NCBI GenBank assembly: GCA_028534125.1
Contig: CM052832.1
Location: forward strand, 21,020,001-21,084,000
DNA: 64,000 bases
Reading direction: 5' to 3'
From: Lama glama
Lineage: Eukaryota
Position 1 is the stretch's first letter. Every line of letters begins with the position of its first letter. Below the pieces are notes generated by a model. The model was given only the letters and a program-made list of their open reading frames with translations. It did not search any database and was not told the origin of the DNA. The position numbers were made by a program, and so were the translations under genes. Below, in pieces: positions 12,687-25,134 of the stretch.

Positions 12687-12716
12687 AAAGTGACTGCCTT
12701 AAAGTGACTGCCTTAA
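12687..12716. repeat. Perfect 14-bp tandem duplication (aaagtgactgcctt x2)
   Basis: Directly visible in the sequence. Confidence 0.95.
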
Positions 12717-13679
12717 GGAATGAAAATCCATCCCAGGGAATTCTGAGCTTTCTCAAATGGATTTTTTGTTTGCTATATGGATTGAGAATAATGCCCCACC
12801 TAATTCCATACACCAGAAAAACAGTGAGGTAACAGTTCCTTATTTGTCTGTCACATGGACAAGATCCAAAATATGGGACAATGTTCAGATAAAAATTTGA
12901 CAGCGAATGATGACCACTAAGTTGTGAATTTTGGAAGACAGTTAGCTGGTACAAGAGAGAGGTTAATTTTTTAAATGCAGGAAAAAAAAAACCTAACATA
13001 ACCATAACCAACTGATAGATCACGGTAAGACATTCAAAATGAAAATGCTTTTTGCCAAAAACTGATTTTTGAATTCTATTTTTCAATAAGTGAAAGGTCA
13101 CTGTTTGATAACAAAAGTGTGATGGTACATGAAATTGATTCAAGAAAGGATCCATTTTTTAAATTGAGCAGATTTTTTTTTAAAGAAATCACAATGTTTT
13201 GAAAGAATGGAAAAGAAAGCCTTTCCTGACTTCTGAGTGTTACAGAAAACATCTATGGCGCTGTCTCGAATTAGGTATGTATACAGCGTTAAAGCTTTTT
13301 CACTATTTGTGTTATTTCAGAACACTTACGTAAAATGATTACTACCAAGCGCAAAGGCTTTTCACTCAGAGACAATGGTCTCTGAAGATCAAGTATCTCA
13401 AGAGGACAAACCCCAACCAGAAAAACTGCCGCACACCAAGACGGGAGTGAGGTTTGTGGGGAGCAGCCCTGGAGGAGGAGTATTTTTTAAGCAGGGTCTT
13501 ACTTAGAAATGCTCCCTGAATAGTAATAAAACAGCAGACCAACTTTTAGTCCGCTTTATTATTTACAATTCTCTACAATGAACCTTTTCACTGCCTATAC
13601 AGGGAGCTGGGAGCATGCCCACATTCTGCCGCCGCCCCCCACCCCCACTCTTTACCACATGACTTTGAACACAATTATC

Positions 13680-13900
13680 ACCACCACCTCCATGAAGCCT
13701 TCCCCCAGCTCCCCCACGGGAGCACTTGTCACAAACTGTGATTTTCTGTTTGTTTTTCTTTCTCCCTGTTGGATGATGAGGTCCCTGGGTTTGTGGAATC
13801 TGGATTTACTTTCCCAGTTTGTCCAGATGTCTTGCAGAGTTCCTCAAACACAGCCAAGCCCTCCACAGCATCAGTGATTTAAGGAAAATCCACTGAGTGT
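13680..13900 (+). mobile_element. L2 3' fragment
   Basis: cacctccatgaagccttcccc...gcacttgtcaca...tttgtttttctttctccc. Confidence 0.55.
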
Positions 13901-14789
13901 CTGTTACTGATGAGGCCCTGCCCTGGCCGCTAGGTTCCAGCCACGAACCAAACAAATGAAAATGCCAGCCTTCACTGAGCTTACCTGCAAGTGACACTGG
14001 AGGGGATAATGGAGGAACATTAAAGAGCTAACAGTATTTTTTCTTGATCGCTTGGAAATTTACTCATTGGTGCAAAAGAAAGCATGCGCACGGCCTGCCT
14101 GTACTTAGTTCTTTACATTCGTGAAAGCCCAGACCTCACTGCACATGAAATTTAGAGGCTTGGAGTCACCAGTGGCTCCACTGATTTCTTTTTATCAGTG
14201 ATCAAAGGCAGGAGACAGCCCTCCCACTTCCATCGTATTACTCAGCCCACAACCTGTAACACATCCCCCTTGGATGCAGCCACAGTTACCCCTCAAAAAA
14301 TGCAAACTGTGTTGGAAAGGTGTGTTTAATGAGGACCAGTCCTCCTCCAGCAGGCAGTACTAACAACAACTAATACACACAGAATGTAATCTTCCAACTC
14401 CTTTCGTTTCACATAAGTCTCTTTTGAACCATCAGTAGCACATGAGGTGGACACCTCTTGAGAATCTCTTACTGCCTTTTCCCGACAGATGTGTAAGTGG
14501 AGGCACAGGACTTTGTTATGCACCTAACTTCACACAGCTGATGAATTCCAAGGTCAATCCTAAAACCAAGACTGTGAACTCCAGCATCAGTAGTTAGGCT
14601 CTAAGCAGTACTAGGGACCCAGAGGGAAATCTACCAGTTAACAGTGATGATGAGTATTTCCTGCAGTAGTCAGATATTAAAGCTTCCAGAAAATTTACTC
14701 CTAGGTAATCTAGTTATCTCACTCATTTCTGGACCACTGAAGAGCATCTTTTCATCTTATGGAGTATAAGGTCAAAGGCTAGTAAGCCC

Positions 14790-15110
14790 CACGTGGAATC
14801 TCCGAGAGGACCGGGACTATGTCTCCTTCCCCGTCCACCCCGCCAGCCCCCGCCCTCAGCACAGCCCCTGACAAGCAGCAAAACCCTCAGCAAATACTCA
14901 ATGTGTGGATGGCAAAAACACTACACTCGACACTGTGAAAACTGGTCTTGGTTGTGTTTTTCTGCTTTTTCTCCCCAGTCTATTAATTAGATTTTGAGCC
15001 CTTTAAAGGCAGAGATGCTGTGTCTTTCCATATAAATCATGTACAGAAACACAGATGGTGTCACGCTCATGTGACACATGTGTTGCATCAATATTTGCTC
15101 ATTGATTTGT
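14790..15110 (+). mobile_element. Two L2 3'-end fragments
   Basis: cagcacagcccctgac...ctcagcaaatactcaatg and tagattttgagccctttaaaggcagagatgctgtg...tcaatatttgc. Confidence 0.6.
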
Positions 15111-16716
15111 TGCTCAAATACCACTGCTGAGTCATGTTTGTCTGACAAATCATGCCATCTTAATAATTAGTGTCTGAGGTGGGAAAGTGCCTTTTTATAA
15201 AAAGTCAGGGGTGAATGTGAAGTATTGGGTATGATGCCAGACCAGTTAGAAGTGTGCTGGATGAAAATACATTACCCTAGCAAAATAAAAATTTTTTTAA
15301 AAATTTTAAATGTAGGTAAAATCTCAGTACCACCACCATTTTGACACATACACACACACAAGAAGGCATGCCGAGTCATACAAGCACCTTCAACACCTCT
15401 GGCAGTCTGAAAACTCACTGTTTACTTGCAACACAGAAGCATCAACTACTGCTCCAGAGTACTTATTCTCATGTCTATAATCACTAAATGTTAAAGATTC
15501 TTCTGACCAGAAGTACATGCACTCAATGCGTTATTAGACTCCTAGAGGTGGAATGAGGTGTTTTAGTTAGCTGAGTTTCTGATTCCATTAAAGATTAGCC
15601 AGAAAACCATTTATGGTTCAAACCTTCTGATTGGAGAAAAAAGTTAGCAAGGACAATACAGATCATCCAATCAAATCTCTCACCCAATAAAAGGAAGCCT
15701 TACTGTACTTATCACAGAGATCTTTAGGAATGAAATAATTAGTCCATGCTTCCATGTAAAGAACATAAATTCTTTATCCTCAAAGATTAAATTAAGTAGT
15801 GCAAAATTATGTTTTTGATTCAGAATTTTTAACGTAGTTAAGTGTGATGATGTTATCATACAATACTGGGCCAAATGTACACAGATCACACGGTTTATCT
15901 GGGAAAAGACGCTAACAGGAATTAAAATCCTTGATATGTTTACTATCATGTACCTCTTTCTCCTAAGAGAGCTGCTCTAAGAGAGCCTATATTGAATAAA
16001 GAATTGGAATTTGAGTTCTGGTTATCTTGGGTTTAATTTGATCTTTACTGAGAAAAATAATTCGATATTATGAGCTCAAGCAGTCAGATTACAGCCAAAG
16101 GCAATGATGTCGTTAATGCTTAATTGAAAACTCTTCTGAATTATTAATGATACTAGCATAATTTCTGCCTTCAGATAAATACACATTTATTTCATTAAAG
16201 CTTGTCCAAGGTAAGATTATATTGCAATGACAAACTAGTATACTCTTTCAAGGTACAAAAGGGTAACATTATTTTATACAATAGACGTAGTCCTGACAAC
16301 TAGGGTATGTGCAAAGTCTTTTTAAATCTCATAATATGTCAAATATGCCTAGGTAAATTCACCACAATCAAACCACTGTATCAACTATCACCTAAATTAT
16401 ATTTCATTTGCACTTCTCAATCTTTGAATGTTTACTTTCAAAAAAAAAAAAGCACAACTTTAAGGCTTTCTTCTCTTTTCCAAGAAGAACTGAAGATACA
16501 CAAGCAAAAACACACAAATGTTAAGCAGTCCCTGCCCTCACAAAGCTTACACTCCCATAACAGAAGACAGGCAAAACCCATCTAAATGTATATAACGTCA
16601 TAGGGATATACTGACAGCGTGGCTACAGCAAAATGACCAAAAAAAAAAAAAATTCACAAGAAAATGAGTAAAGAGGTCACAGAGGTGCTGGGAGTAAGTA
16701 GTCGAACCACACAGAG

Positions 16717-17093
16717 TGTCGCAGGCCACATGGAGGGGATGCCATGGTCTGCCATCCAGACATTCCTTCGGGATCAAGACACTCATTCCTCGCTGCTGGG
16801 AATGTTGCTTGCTGTTGGCTCCCAGCTCAGTACTTCTCCAGGTGCGGGTGCCAAAGGAAACTCCTCCTTGGGCAGATCCATGACTGGCCAATCAAGGGTA
16901 ACTGGGACATGCCTGAAGGGTCAGCCCAGCTTCAGTGGTGCCTGTGAGATCAGCTAGCTTTCTCTTGCATCACAGCTCAACCTCTCCCTCTCTCAAGTCC
17001 TGCTTCCCTGGCCCCTCCTAGTGATGTTCCTGAGAGCCCTCCCACAAGCAAATCGCAGACTCTGAGTTCATATCCTGGAAAACTCAGTTCACA
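16717..17093 (+). mobile_element. ERVL-type solo LTR (LTR16-like)
   Basis: Starts tgtcgcagg; 3' part ttcctgagagccctccca...gcaaat...tctgagttc...cctggaaaac resembles the LTR16 family end. Confidence 0.7.
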
Positions 17094-17149
17094 ACCTTCT
17101 TTTTGTCTTTCGGGGTTTGTTTGTTTGTTTCTTTTCAAACTTTCAGTAA

Positions 17150-17260
17150 AATGAGAAGTCTTTGGAGGCTGAAGCAGAGGGTAACATCATCTGATTTATG
17201 TTACAGAAGGGCCACCCTTGCTGCTTTCTAGAGAGCAAATTATCAAGGGAGTGAGCAGGC
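17150..17260 (-). mobile_element. L2 fragment
   Basis: ttggaggctgaagcagagggtaacatcatctgatttatgtt...cacccttgctgct. Confidence 0.65.
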
Positions 17261-17569
17261 TACGTAGTAAGGGTGAGACAGCAAGCAATCAGAAACTGAA
17301 TTTATCACAAAGATGAGCTGACAGGCTTTATAGTGGGTTAGATGTGGAAAGTCCTCAAAATCATGAGAATAGGGCAGCTCCAATTTCCCGAAATTCATGC
17401 CTCTAGACATAAAAGTCCAAAACACCCAATAATTCTTACAGACACACTTTCAAAAATCATCACTGCCAGGCTTGAATATACATACAAAGGAGTAAAACAC
17501 AATGTGAGATGCAGTTTAAAAGTGGAAGGAATATTTAAGAGATGTTAATGATATAAACTCACAATTGGT

Positions 17570-18305
17570 ATCCCCACCTAACTCTTCTTCCTCTTTTGTT
17601 CCCAATCCCAGATGGTGACAGCTACTCCATCATTTCATCAGGAGACGGGAGTTCCACCCCTTACCTGCTGTCACCCCCTACACACATAACATAACCGCCA
17701 CATCAAAGTCCCGCCAATGTCATCTCCAAGTATTTCTCACATCCACCTCCTCCTGACTCAACGTCCTAATTCAAGCCTTTGTCCTGTTTCACATTAACCG
17801 CTCAGCTGGATTCCTATTTCCCAATTCCATCGATTCTCTATGGCACTAGAGGAGTCATCTGTTACTACACACTAAAGATGATTACCCCATCATCAACTAG
17901 AGAGATGACCCCTAGTTCAAGACCTCACCTTGGCTTTACTCTCAAACCTCACTCCCATCACACTACCCTCCCCTCTTAGAACTGGCCAGTACTGAATGAC
18001 TGCACTGCCTGTCCCATGATGTTTAAAACTCAGATCACCCCTCTGACTAGAAAACAGGCCACTCTTCCTAGATTAACTTCACCTCGTTCTTAACAATCAG
18101 AGAGCATTTTTCCACAAGTGACCCTCTGATTCCAGCTCCCCAAATGGATTATTTACACTCCCACAGCCCTTTCCGCACTGTGCTGAAAGCCTCTGTTTAT
18201 GTTCACACCCACCAACACTAGACTCTAAGTTCCCTGAGGACAGGAACCATTCTTCCTCATCTTTGAGTTCCAGAAGGAAGAGCAGGGCCTAGTACATGAC
18301 AGGAA
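17570..18305 (+). mobile_element. L2 LINE 3' region
   Basis: Long pyrimidine-rich stretch ending cactagactctaagttccctgaggacaggaacca...cctagtacatg. Confidence 0.8.
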
Positions 18306-18478
18306 GGGGAAAAGGCTAACCTTTACTTTTATCATTACCTAAGTATTTACATAAAGGAAGCTGTGGGTGAGTATTTTTTTAAAAGAGAGATACTGACTAG
18401 GGCAAAAAGAAAACAAATGTACAAACAGAATGGAGATTTAAAACAACAAAAATTTCCACCAATGTCAGAAGTACTTAC

Positions 18479-18528
18479 AGCTGCAAATACTTAAGACATC
18501 CTAGTCTCAATGTACTCCGTGTCCCCTT
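18479..18528 (-). other. Candidate 50-nt exon (UTR or pseudoexon)
   Basis: Minus strand: ttttcttcctgttactgtattacccttTAG | 50 nt | GTAAGT. Confidence 0.25.
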
Positions 18529-18975
18529 CTAAAGGGTAATACAGTAACAGGAAGAAAATAAACTGCTAACCAGCGCTTTTCACTGTCTTCTTTCAGAAAT
18601 GAACACAAGCAAAACCCCAGCTATGGATGAAAATTAAGAGTCTCTTGGATATTTATTACAGGGCTATATATGGCAGAGGTATACATAAAATACAGATTTT
18701 CAGAATTCATTTTCCTCAAGCTTGAGTATACGTTCTTCCTTCGTTGTTCCCACAATTAGAAACTGAAAACAGAATTGGTGGCAAATGTAGGTGTGAAAAA
18801 GTGTTCTCTTCAAAATAAAATTATTAATCCAAAGGAAGTTCCAGTGTTAATGAGCCCTCACCACTCATTATGAGCCTTACTCTGAAATTTCTACCGATTT
18901 AGAATGGTTACATGTGATTTATGGCAAAAGCACTAAGAGAGAAAAAGTAGAAAAAGACAAGGCTTCGGTCAAGTC

Positions 18976-19007
18976 CACGTGTGATGGTCTAGCCACGCGG
19001 TCACGTG
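18976..19007. promoter_or_regulatory. E-box cluster (CACGTG, CACGCG, CACGTG)
   Basis: Motifs at 18976, 18994 and 19002 within 32 bp. Confidence 0.4.
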
Positions 19008-19399
19008 GTGTCTGCTGGGCTCTTCTGGAAGGGCCTGTCCTCGTGGACCCTCTAGGAGCTCGGGCAGGAGGGGACGGGCAGGGCCGAGGTGTCCTCGTGG
19101 AGTCGCAGACACACCAGGCACCACAGACACAACAAAGATTCCACAGGAATAAAACCACCAAGGGCAGAAGTGGCCCAACTTCTAGGGGACCCGGTAGTTA
19201 GAGGAAAGCCTTTTTTAATTTTAAACTCAGTGGAAAAGGCACACAGTGCAGCAGGCACTGGTGTAATTACCAAAGCCACGAGGCCTGTCTGCCAAGCAGG
19301 GTGGATGTGGCCTCTTGACCAGGTTTTATTCTTGGTGTCTGCCTCCCTCTTGTCCCCTCTGCTCTTTCTGCTCCCGCTGCTAAATGCACCAGTACATAC

Positions 19400-19474
19400 T
19401 TGCTTTGGGTACCACCGACTCTTGGCTCTCTGTCTTCTGGTTTGTTCTGGCATCTGTTTCCAGTGGAAGAGCAT
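19400..19474 (-). other. Candidate 75-nt symmetric phase-1 cassette exon (xALPLETDARTNQKTESQESVVPKA)
   Basis: Minus strand: gtccatctcacAG | 75 nt, open and purine-rich | GTATGT; alternative upstream acceptor tttccctAG gives 222 nt (to 19621). Confidence 0.3.
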
Positions 19475-19689
19475 CTGTGAGATGGACCGCAGCCCCCCAG
19501 AATGCTGCTCCGGGGCTACTGACGAACTTCTGCGTTTCCAAAAACTATTACACATTTTCCTATCGAAGATACAAGTACGGCCCTGACACAGTCACTCGGT
19601 AGTTGTGGTTCCTCATCTTTTCTAGGGAAACACACGTCACTGTCCAAATACCAGAGTGGGAGGGGGTTGGCCGTTTGCTTTTCATTCCC

Positions 19690-20010
19690 TGCTGAATTTC
19701 ACTCACTCCCATTCCCCTTAGCTCTCTGCACAACCGGATTCACTCCTGTGGCTTCATTATGGGCTGTGTGTCAACTCCTCAGTTTCTCTCTCTACACCAG
19801 ATCAGACCTCTCTGCTCAAATCCCGACCCTGAAATCCAAGGACCTAATGGGCATTTCAAGTACAAACTGCTCAAAATTGAGCTCATCTTCCTCTTGCCAG
19901 TGCATTTCATCACCCACCAGCTTTCCCACCACCCCTACCTCCTCTCGGGAGTCATCCGTGACTCCCCGCTCTCCTTCCGCCTCACATCTCATCAATAAAG
20001 CCATCCTGGC
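19690..20010 (+). mobile_element. L2 fragment
   Basis: ccagatcagacctctctgct...gggcatttcaagtacaaac...gggagtcatccgtgactcccc. Confidence 0.7.
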
Positions 20011-23000
20011 CTGAGCTACGCTCTATTAACCAAGAAGAGCTAGACTTCTGTCAGACTGAAGTCCGCCGAGTCTCCCGTCCAGACTCTAGCAAGCGGCGCT
20101 GTATTTCAGAGAGTGCCCACTGCGTGAGCGGAGCAAATGCCCTTTCATTCTGCCAGAGCTCCCCCGAGGCCATGCCCCTACGTCCCGATTTCAAACGCAC
20201 CGGCATGCAGCGCACTAGATCCATTTCCTTACATCTTTGGGGAAAAACATAATCCGCTTTCTGAAGTCACTGTCAACTTCTTTTCTCAAGTGAGAGCTTA
20301 AAAAAGCAGCTCACTTTGCAACGGTAGCACCTCCAAGGAAGATTCTTCAAGAGTGAGACAACAACGCATATCATAAAACAAACCCAAAAGGAATCCCATA
20401 CATAGGTCAGTTAAACAGTAATAAGTTGCAAAGCCAGAACTCACCTGGATGGAGACTTAAAGAGCTAAAATGTGACAGGAAGAACACAAATTAAAGTTAC
20501 CAACGGTGGAAGTCCAGGGACTGCCTGAGTGGTGCTCTGCAGTGACAGACACCTGCACATCTTACATTCAACAGGTTTTCCTCCTGTCTTCAACCTGTGG
20601 GGATGTAGCTCAGATACAAGTATTTGAAAAGGATACATTCCCTTAACACTAGGCTACCAGTGCAACTCCAATCCAGAACTGGCAGAGTACGATGTCTAAT
20701 TCGGAAGAGCAGACTTACAGTCTCAGCTTAGTTCAACTCTGTGGAGAGACTATCCCAGGCAATGGCTACACACATGTTAATGAGGATCTTTTTCTATCTT
20801 TGGGGAGCAGAGTCACCTTTTCTAGGACTGACCCCACACAAGCAGTATTAATCATCAACTCTCAGGGTCCCATTTGACAACCCAGACACCGTTGGCAGCT
20901 GAAAGGACAGAGGTCATGTGTGCCACTTTCTGAAACAAAATTCTTTTTGCCCGAGTTAAGTTGATTACTCAAACTCTGAAGACTCCTCCTGCCCCCACTC
21001 CAGCCTACTCGCATTTTCCTCAGGCTGGGAAAACAAGTCTTGCATTATGTTGACTCCTTGGAATGAGCTCAGTCCTAGTTTCAAATTCCCTTTCAGAACA
21101 ACCCCAAGGCCACAGACCCTGTTAGAAATCTCAGCAGCTTAATGGCCCAGGAGAGCCTGAGCTACAACCAGAAAGCATTACTTAAGTCATAATCTGCAAA
21201 TGCATCCTAAACCCAGGCTGGCATCCTCACTGGTCTGTTCCAAGGCACTGGGCAGCAACTCATCTGTAAACAACCGGGTCTCGGCTCCTCCTCCCGAGGC
21301 TCCTCGGCCAAGGCGAGGCTGCACTGCAGCGTTCAGCAGCGATTTTCTCCAACTGGCACCATCTGTGCTGGCCCGGCCAGACGTGCTGACAGAGCAGGCT
21401 GCGTAGACCATCACTAATCTACCGAGGTCAGGAGGGTCAGGCCTGCAACACGAAGCCTATAGATTTCAAAGGCCAGCCATCCCTCCACGCCAGCTAATCA
21501 ATCTACATGGAAAAGCAAGCACATTTTTATTCCACTTTCTTTTAACATTTCAAAGAGCAATCTCATTCTGAAAGCTCTCAGTGAGGAGATTGCTTGCACA
21601 GCATCAGGCGTCCTGATACCACCAGTTAAGCTGCAGGAGGTCTTCGGGGCGTGAGGCTTCCCCTGTTGATCCTTGGCCAAAACAGGGTAACGAGATCAGG
21701 ACAACCACACTCCTCAGACAATGAATGCCTTCAAAAGCAGGGACACAGAGGAAGGACAACATGGATCAAGATTCAACATCTACTGCCAAGCCCCCCTAAG
21801 CTGAGTCTGCAAGGGAGTAGTCAGCGCCAGCAGCTCTCCTCCCAGACCACACTGTGTGAGCCTGCGCAGTCTACATGGGGCTGGTAAGTTACAGCTTTCC
21901 ATCGCCAACCATCCACTGCAGAATTCTGCCCACCACGTGTCTGCTAAACACCTGTCGTGTGCCAAGGGCTTTATGTTCCCTTGCATCTCTGTCATTTCCT
22001 TTCCTGAGGAACAGGGATAACTGAGTTGAGCCATCAGCCATGCACTGGCCAGAAGAGCCCCAGAGCCCCGCGAAAGCAGGGGGACAGCAGTCTTGTCTTC
22101 AAAGTGCCACGGCGTAACACAGACACAGGCTTGCTGCACGAACTAAATAAAACTTTTAGATAATCTTATTCATCCAATTTTTGTGTGTCAAGACCAACAA
22201 CTATGATCACTCCTTTGTAGTAGATGGTATGTTATTCTAGATCTCCAAATCAAAGGATGACTCATTCTGATAAGAGTCAAAAAAACACCAACAGCCACAA
22301 AACTAAGACATCACCAGGAGCTCCAAAGAAACGAGATCTTCTGCTGACAATAATTAAAGGTTTAAAGAAACTTCAAGGTAAATGACTTCATCTTCTTACT
22401 TGTGCTTACTTATCAGTTTCCCCACTTACCAGAGTTGCAATTGGGCTAAAGAAGGAAGGGTAAAGAGGAATTTGTGGACTAAAATATAACTCCTCTAACC
22501 CCAATCATCTTCCTTATAAGGCAAGCTGGGAGGGTCACAGATCAGACACGTGGCTTCAGCACAATATGAGCAGGTTTGCATGAGTCTCTAGTTGGTAATT
22601 TCTTCTTCTTCCAGTTTTCTACAAGCTTCAAGCGACTACAGGTAACTCCAGGCTAAGCTGGCTCCACACACATCTACTCTTCCCAACTCCTCCCTGCTCA
22701 CAGGGGTGACTCTGTATTGTCTAAAAATAAGTCCCACAATCACTCAGATCCCCTGCAACATCCCATGTTGCCAAAACGCCTCTGCCTTAACAACAGACCT
22801 CTTCTCGGCCCTTCAGACTTACCTGGGAGTTCTCTCTCTTTTTTTTTTTTTCATGAACACAAAACAAAGGGAAACATTTAAAAGGAGATCATGTTTCACA
22901 TCTAAGAGTGTATCTTTACTAACCCATCCTGGGATCTCAGGTATACTGAGGAAGATTTCATTCTATTCATAAAATGAACACCTTTACATTCCGGGATGGT

Positions 23001-23984
23001 TTGTTTCCGTCTTTCAGAAATAAACTGAATTCCACACATTGGGCTTTTAACATAAAGCTTTATGCTGTCTTTCCCCCATCCCTAGGCCCTGTTCTGTTTT
23101 AGCAGCTTGAGTTGCTCCAAACACCAGCACCTCCTTTTGTAAACAAAGGCGGCCCAACATTCAACTTCATTTCTCTGTCTGATTCTGCTGGAGTGAAAGA
23201 TAAGAATCTAGACAGAGGCTTTCATGGTGTTTTACTTATAACTTGTCAAAACCACCAACTGACAAACACAGCTCTGCCCAAAGGTACCCAAGGCATCGAC
23301 GCAGCTGCACAGACCTGCAGCCCTAACATTGGTCCCGGCGCAGGACTGCAGCTCCTTCGGCAGGAGGGACTGGAAGGCAGGGTGCCCTGACAGCAGAACC
23401 ACCGATTCTGGAGGAACGTAAATGTGTCGAGTCGAGCAAGGAGGTGGCAAAGTAACAGCGAAAACATGGCCACAGAATATACAGAAAAAGACCTACCCAA
23501 AACTCAGCTGTAAGTCGGGATGGTAATAGATCCATGTTTCTTCAACAAAAAGGCAGAATACACGTGGCCAGACTCTGTCCCACTTTAAGCAACTCATGAC
23601 CCTAACAAGGTCCCTAAAACATTTTGAGTTTTGTCTCCTTTGATTTCTAAGGATTTAATCGTATTTCACTAGCTTACTACTGAACGATAAGGTTTATGGG
23701 GTTTTATTAAATTATTTCATCAACTCTATGCTTTAATATTTACATTTAGTAATAAATTTTAACACTCCACATTTATAGTTTAAAAAAACACATGATTACA
23801 CTTCTAAGGGGGAAAAAACTCTTCATTTCTGAAAAAGATTAAACAGAAGGACAAAAGAGACAAGGTTCATCTTATTCTCTGCCTTCCCCGACCAATTAGA
23901 TTTTATCTGGTTTATAAAGATTTCAAGGCAAGATTCCTGCAGGGTCCTCAAAACCCCAATTCAACAAGAAGCCCAACAGCAGCA

Positions 23985-24200
23985 AGTCTCCCCTATATTG
24001 CAGGCACTGAGCAGGGTCCTGGGACAGTAGGAAGATACGATCTTGGTGCTCTCTCTCTTCCCAGAACAAATGCGAAGGAACACTCAGAAGTCCTCACCGC
24101 TACAGTTTAAGACAGAGTTGCTTACATGAGATATGGAGAAAACAGTCATCTTTCATTCTCAGTTCAGAGAAGGGGGGCAGACGACTTCCAGAGTACTGAG
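23985..24200 (-). mobile_element. L2 3' fragment
   Basis: cctatattgcaggcactgagcagggtcctgggacag. Confidence 0.5.
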
Positions 24201-25134
24201 AAATGTTTTGGTTTCTCATACAATGCTGGTGTAATATTAAAAACCAGTTAAGAGTGATCAAAGGAACCTCAATGAAACACTGTGGTCACTCTTCCTTCAG
24301 GTGTCATTAGCATTTGCCCAAGGGCTGCCTTTGTGACAAATCACAGTGCCTTGCCCCGGGCTCTGCTCTGCTTCAGGAACCAGATTTAAACAACAACCCA
24401 CGTCTGGTTTTGAGCCTCTTAAGTTAAAGGGTCATTTTTTTTAATAAACATTTAGTATCTTTGCTCTGTATGTAACTACCCTTTCTACAATGGTTTTACA
24501 TCTAATCCCCAATTCTTTCTCAAGGAAACCAGCTAAGAATCCTTAATGGAAATAACTCAGGACAACTAATCACCCCCAAAGAAACTCTAACTGTCATGTA
24601 GGGAAATGGATCACCAGAGGGGGAAAGTAAAGATAGTCACAAAAAGATGTGGAACAGAAACCAAAAGGAAATGGACTTCTCTCTTTACTAGGGAGTGACA
24701 AGCCTGTGGAAGTAAAAGATCCACTCAAGAAGCTCTGATTTCTAAACCCACAATCCAGAAGCCACCAGAACACCAATGGGCCAAATCCAAACTGATTCTC
24801 AGGGGGCTGACTCACGCGGTTGGCACCGCATTTAATGGCAGCGTCACCACACATCACAATGTAACATACTGAAGGCACATAGTCTCTGCCTATGAGTATT
24901 TTTTTTAATATTTTTTTCCAGATGCCCCGTCTATTTTCCCAACCGTAGGCACAGTTCAATAAACAGGACAATAAATAAAGACTTGACTTTTTTAAGAAGG
25001 CTCAGGATTATATGCTAATTTTAGACGTTTACTGATTATTCCACAACTTGCCATCTCTTCACTTCTACTGTGGAGTCAATAGCTTACCTTCGGCTTCACA
25101 TGATCCTTTTTAACGTTAACTTTGACATTCACAG

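Noticed and set aside
12820..12920. Possible hAT-Blackjack MITE remnant
   Set aside because: Resemblance is too weak to call without alignment.
12676..13155. 159-aa minus-strand ORF
   Set aside because: AT-rich, F/L-biased composition with no recognisable homology.
14644..14740. C-box (GTGATGA) ... D-box (CTGA) snoRNA-like spacing
   Set aside because: No terminal stem or recognisable rRNA guide sequence.
19052..19586. Overlapping 165-167 aa ORFs on both strands
   Set aside because: Explained by locally higher GC. Only a spliced sub-segment is kept as a candidate exon.
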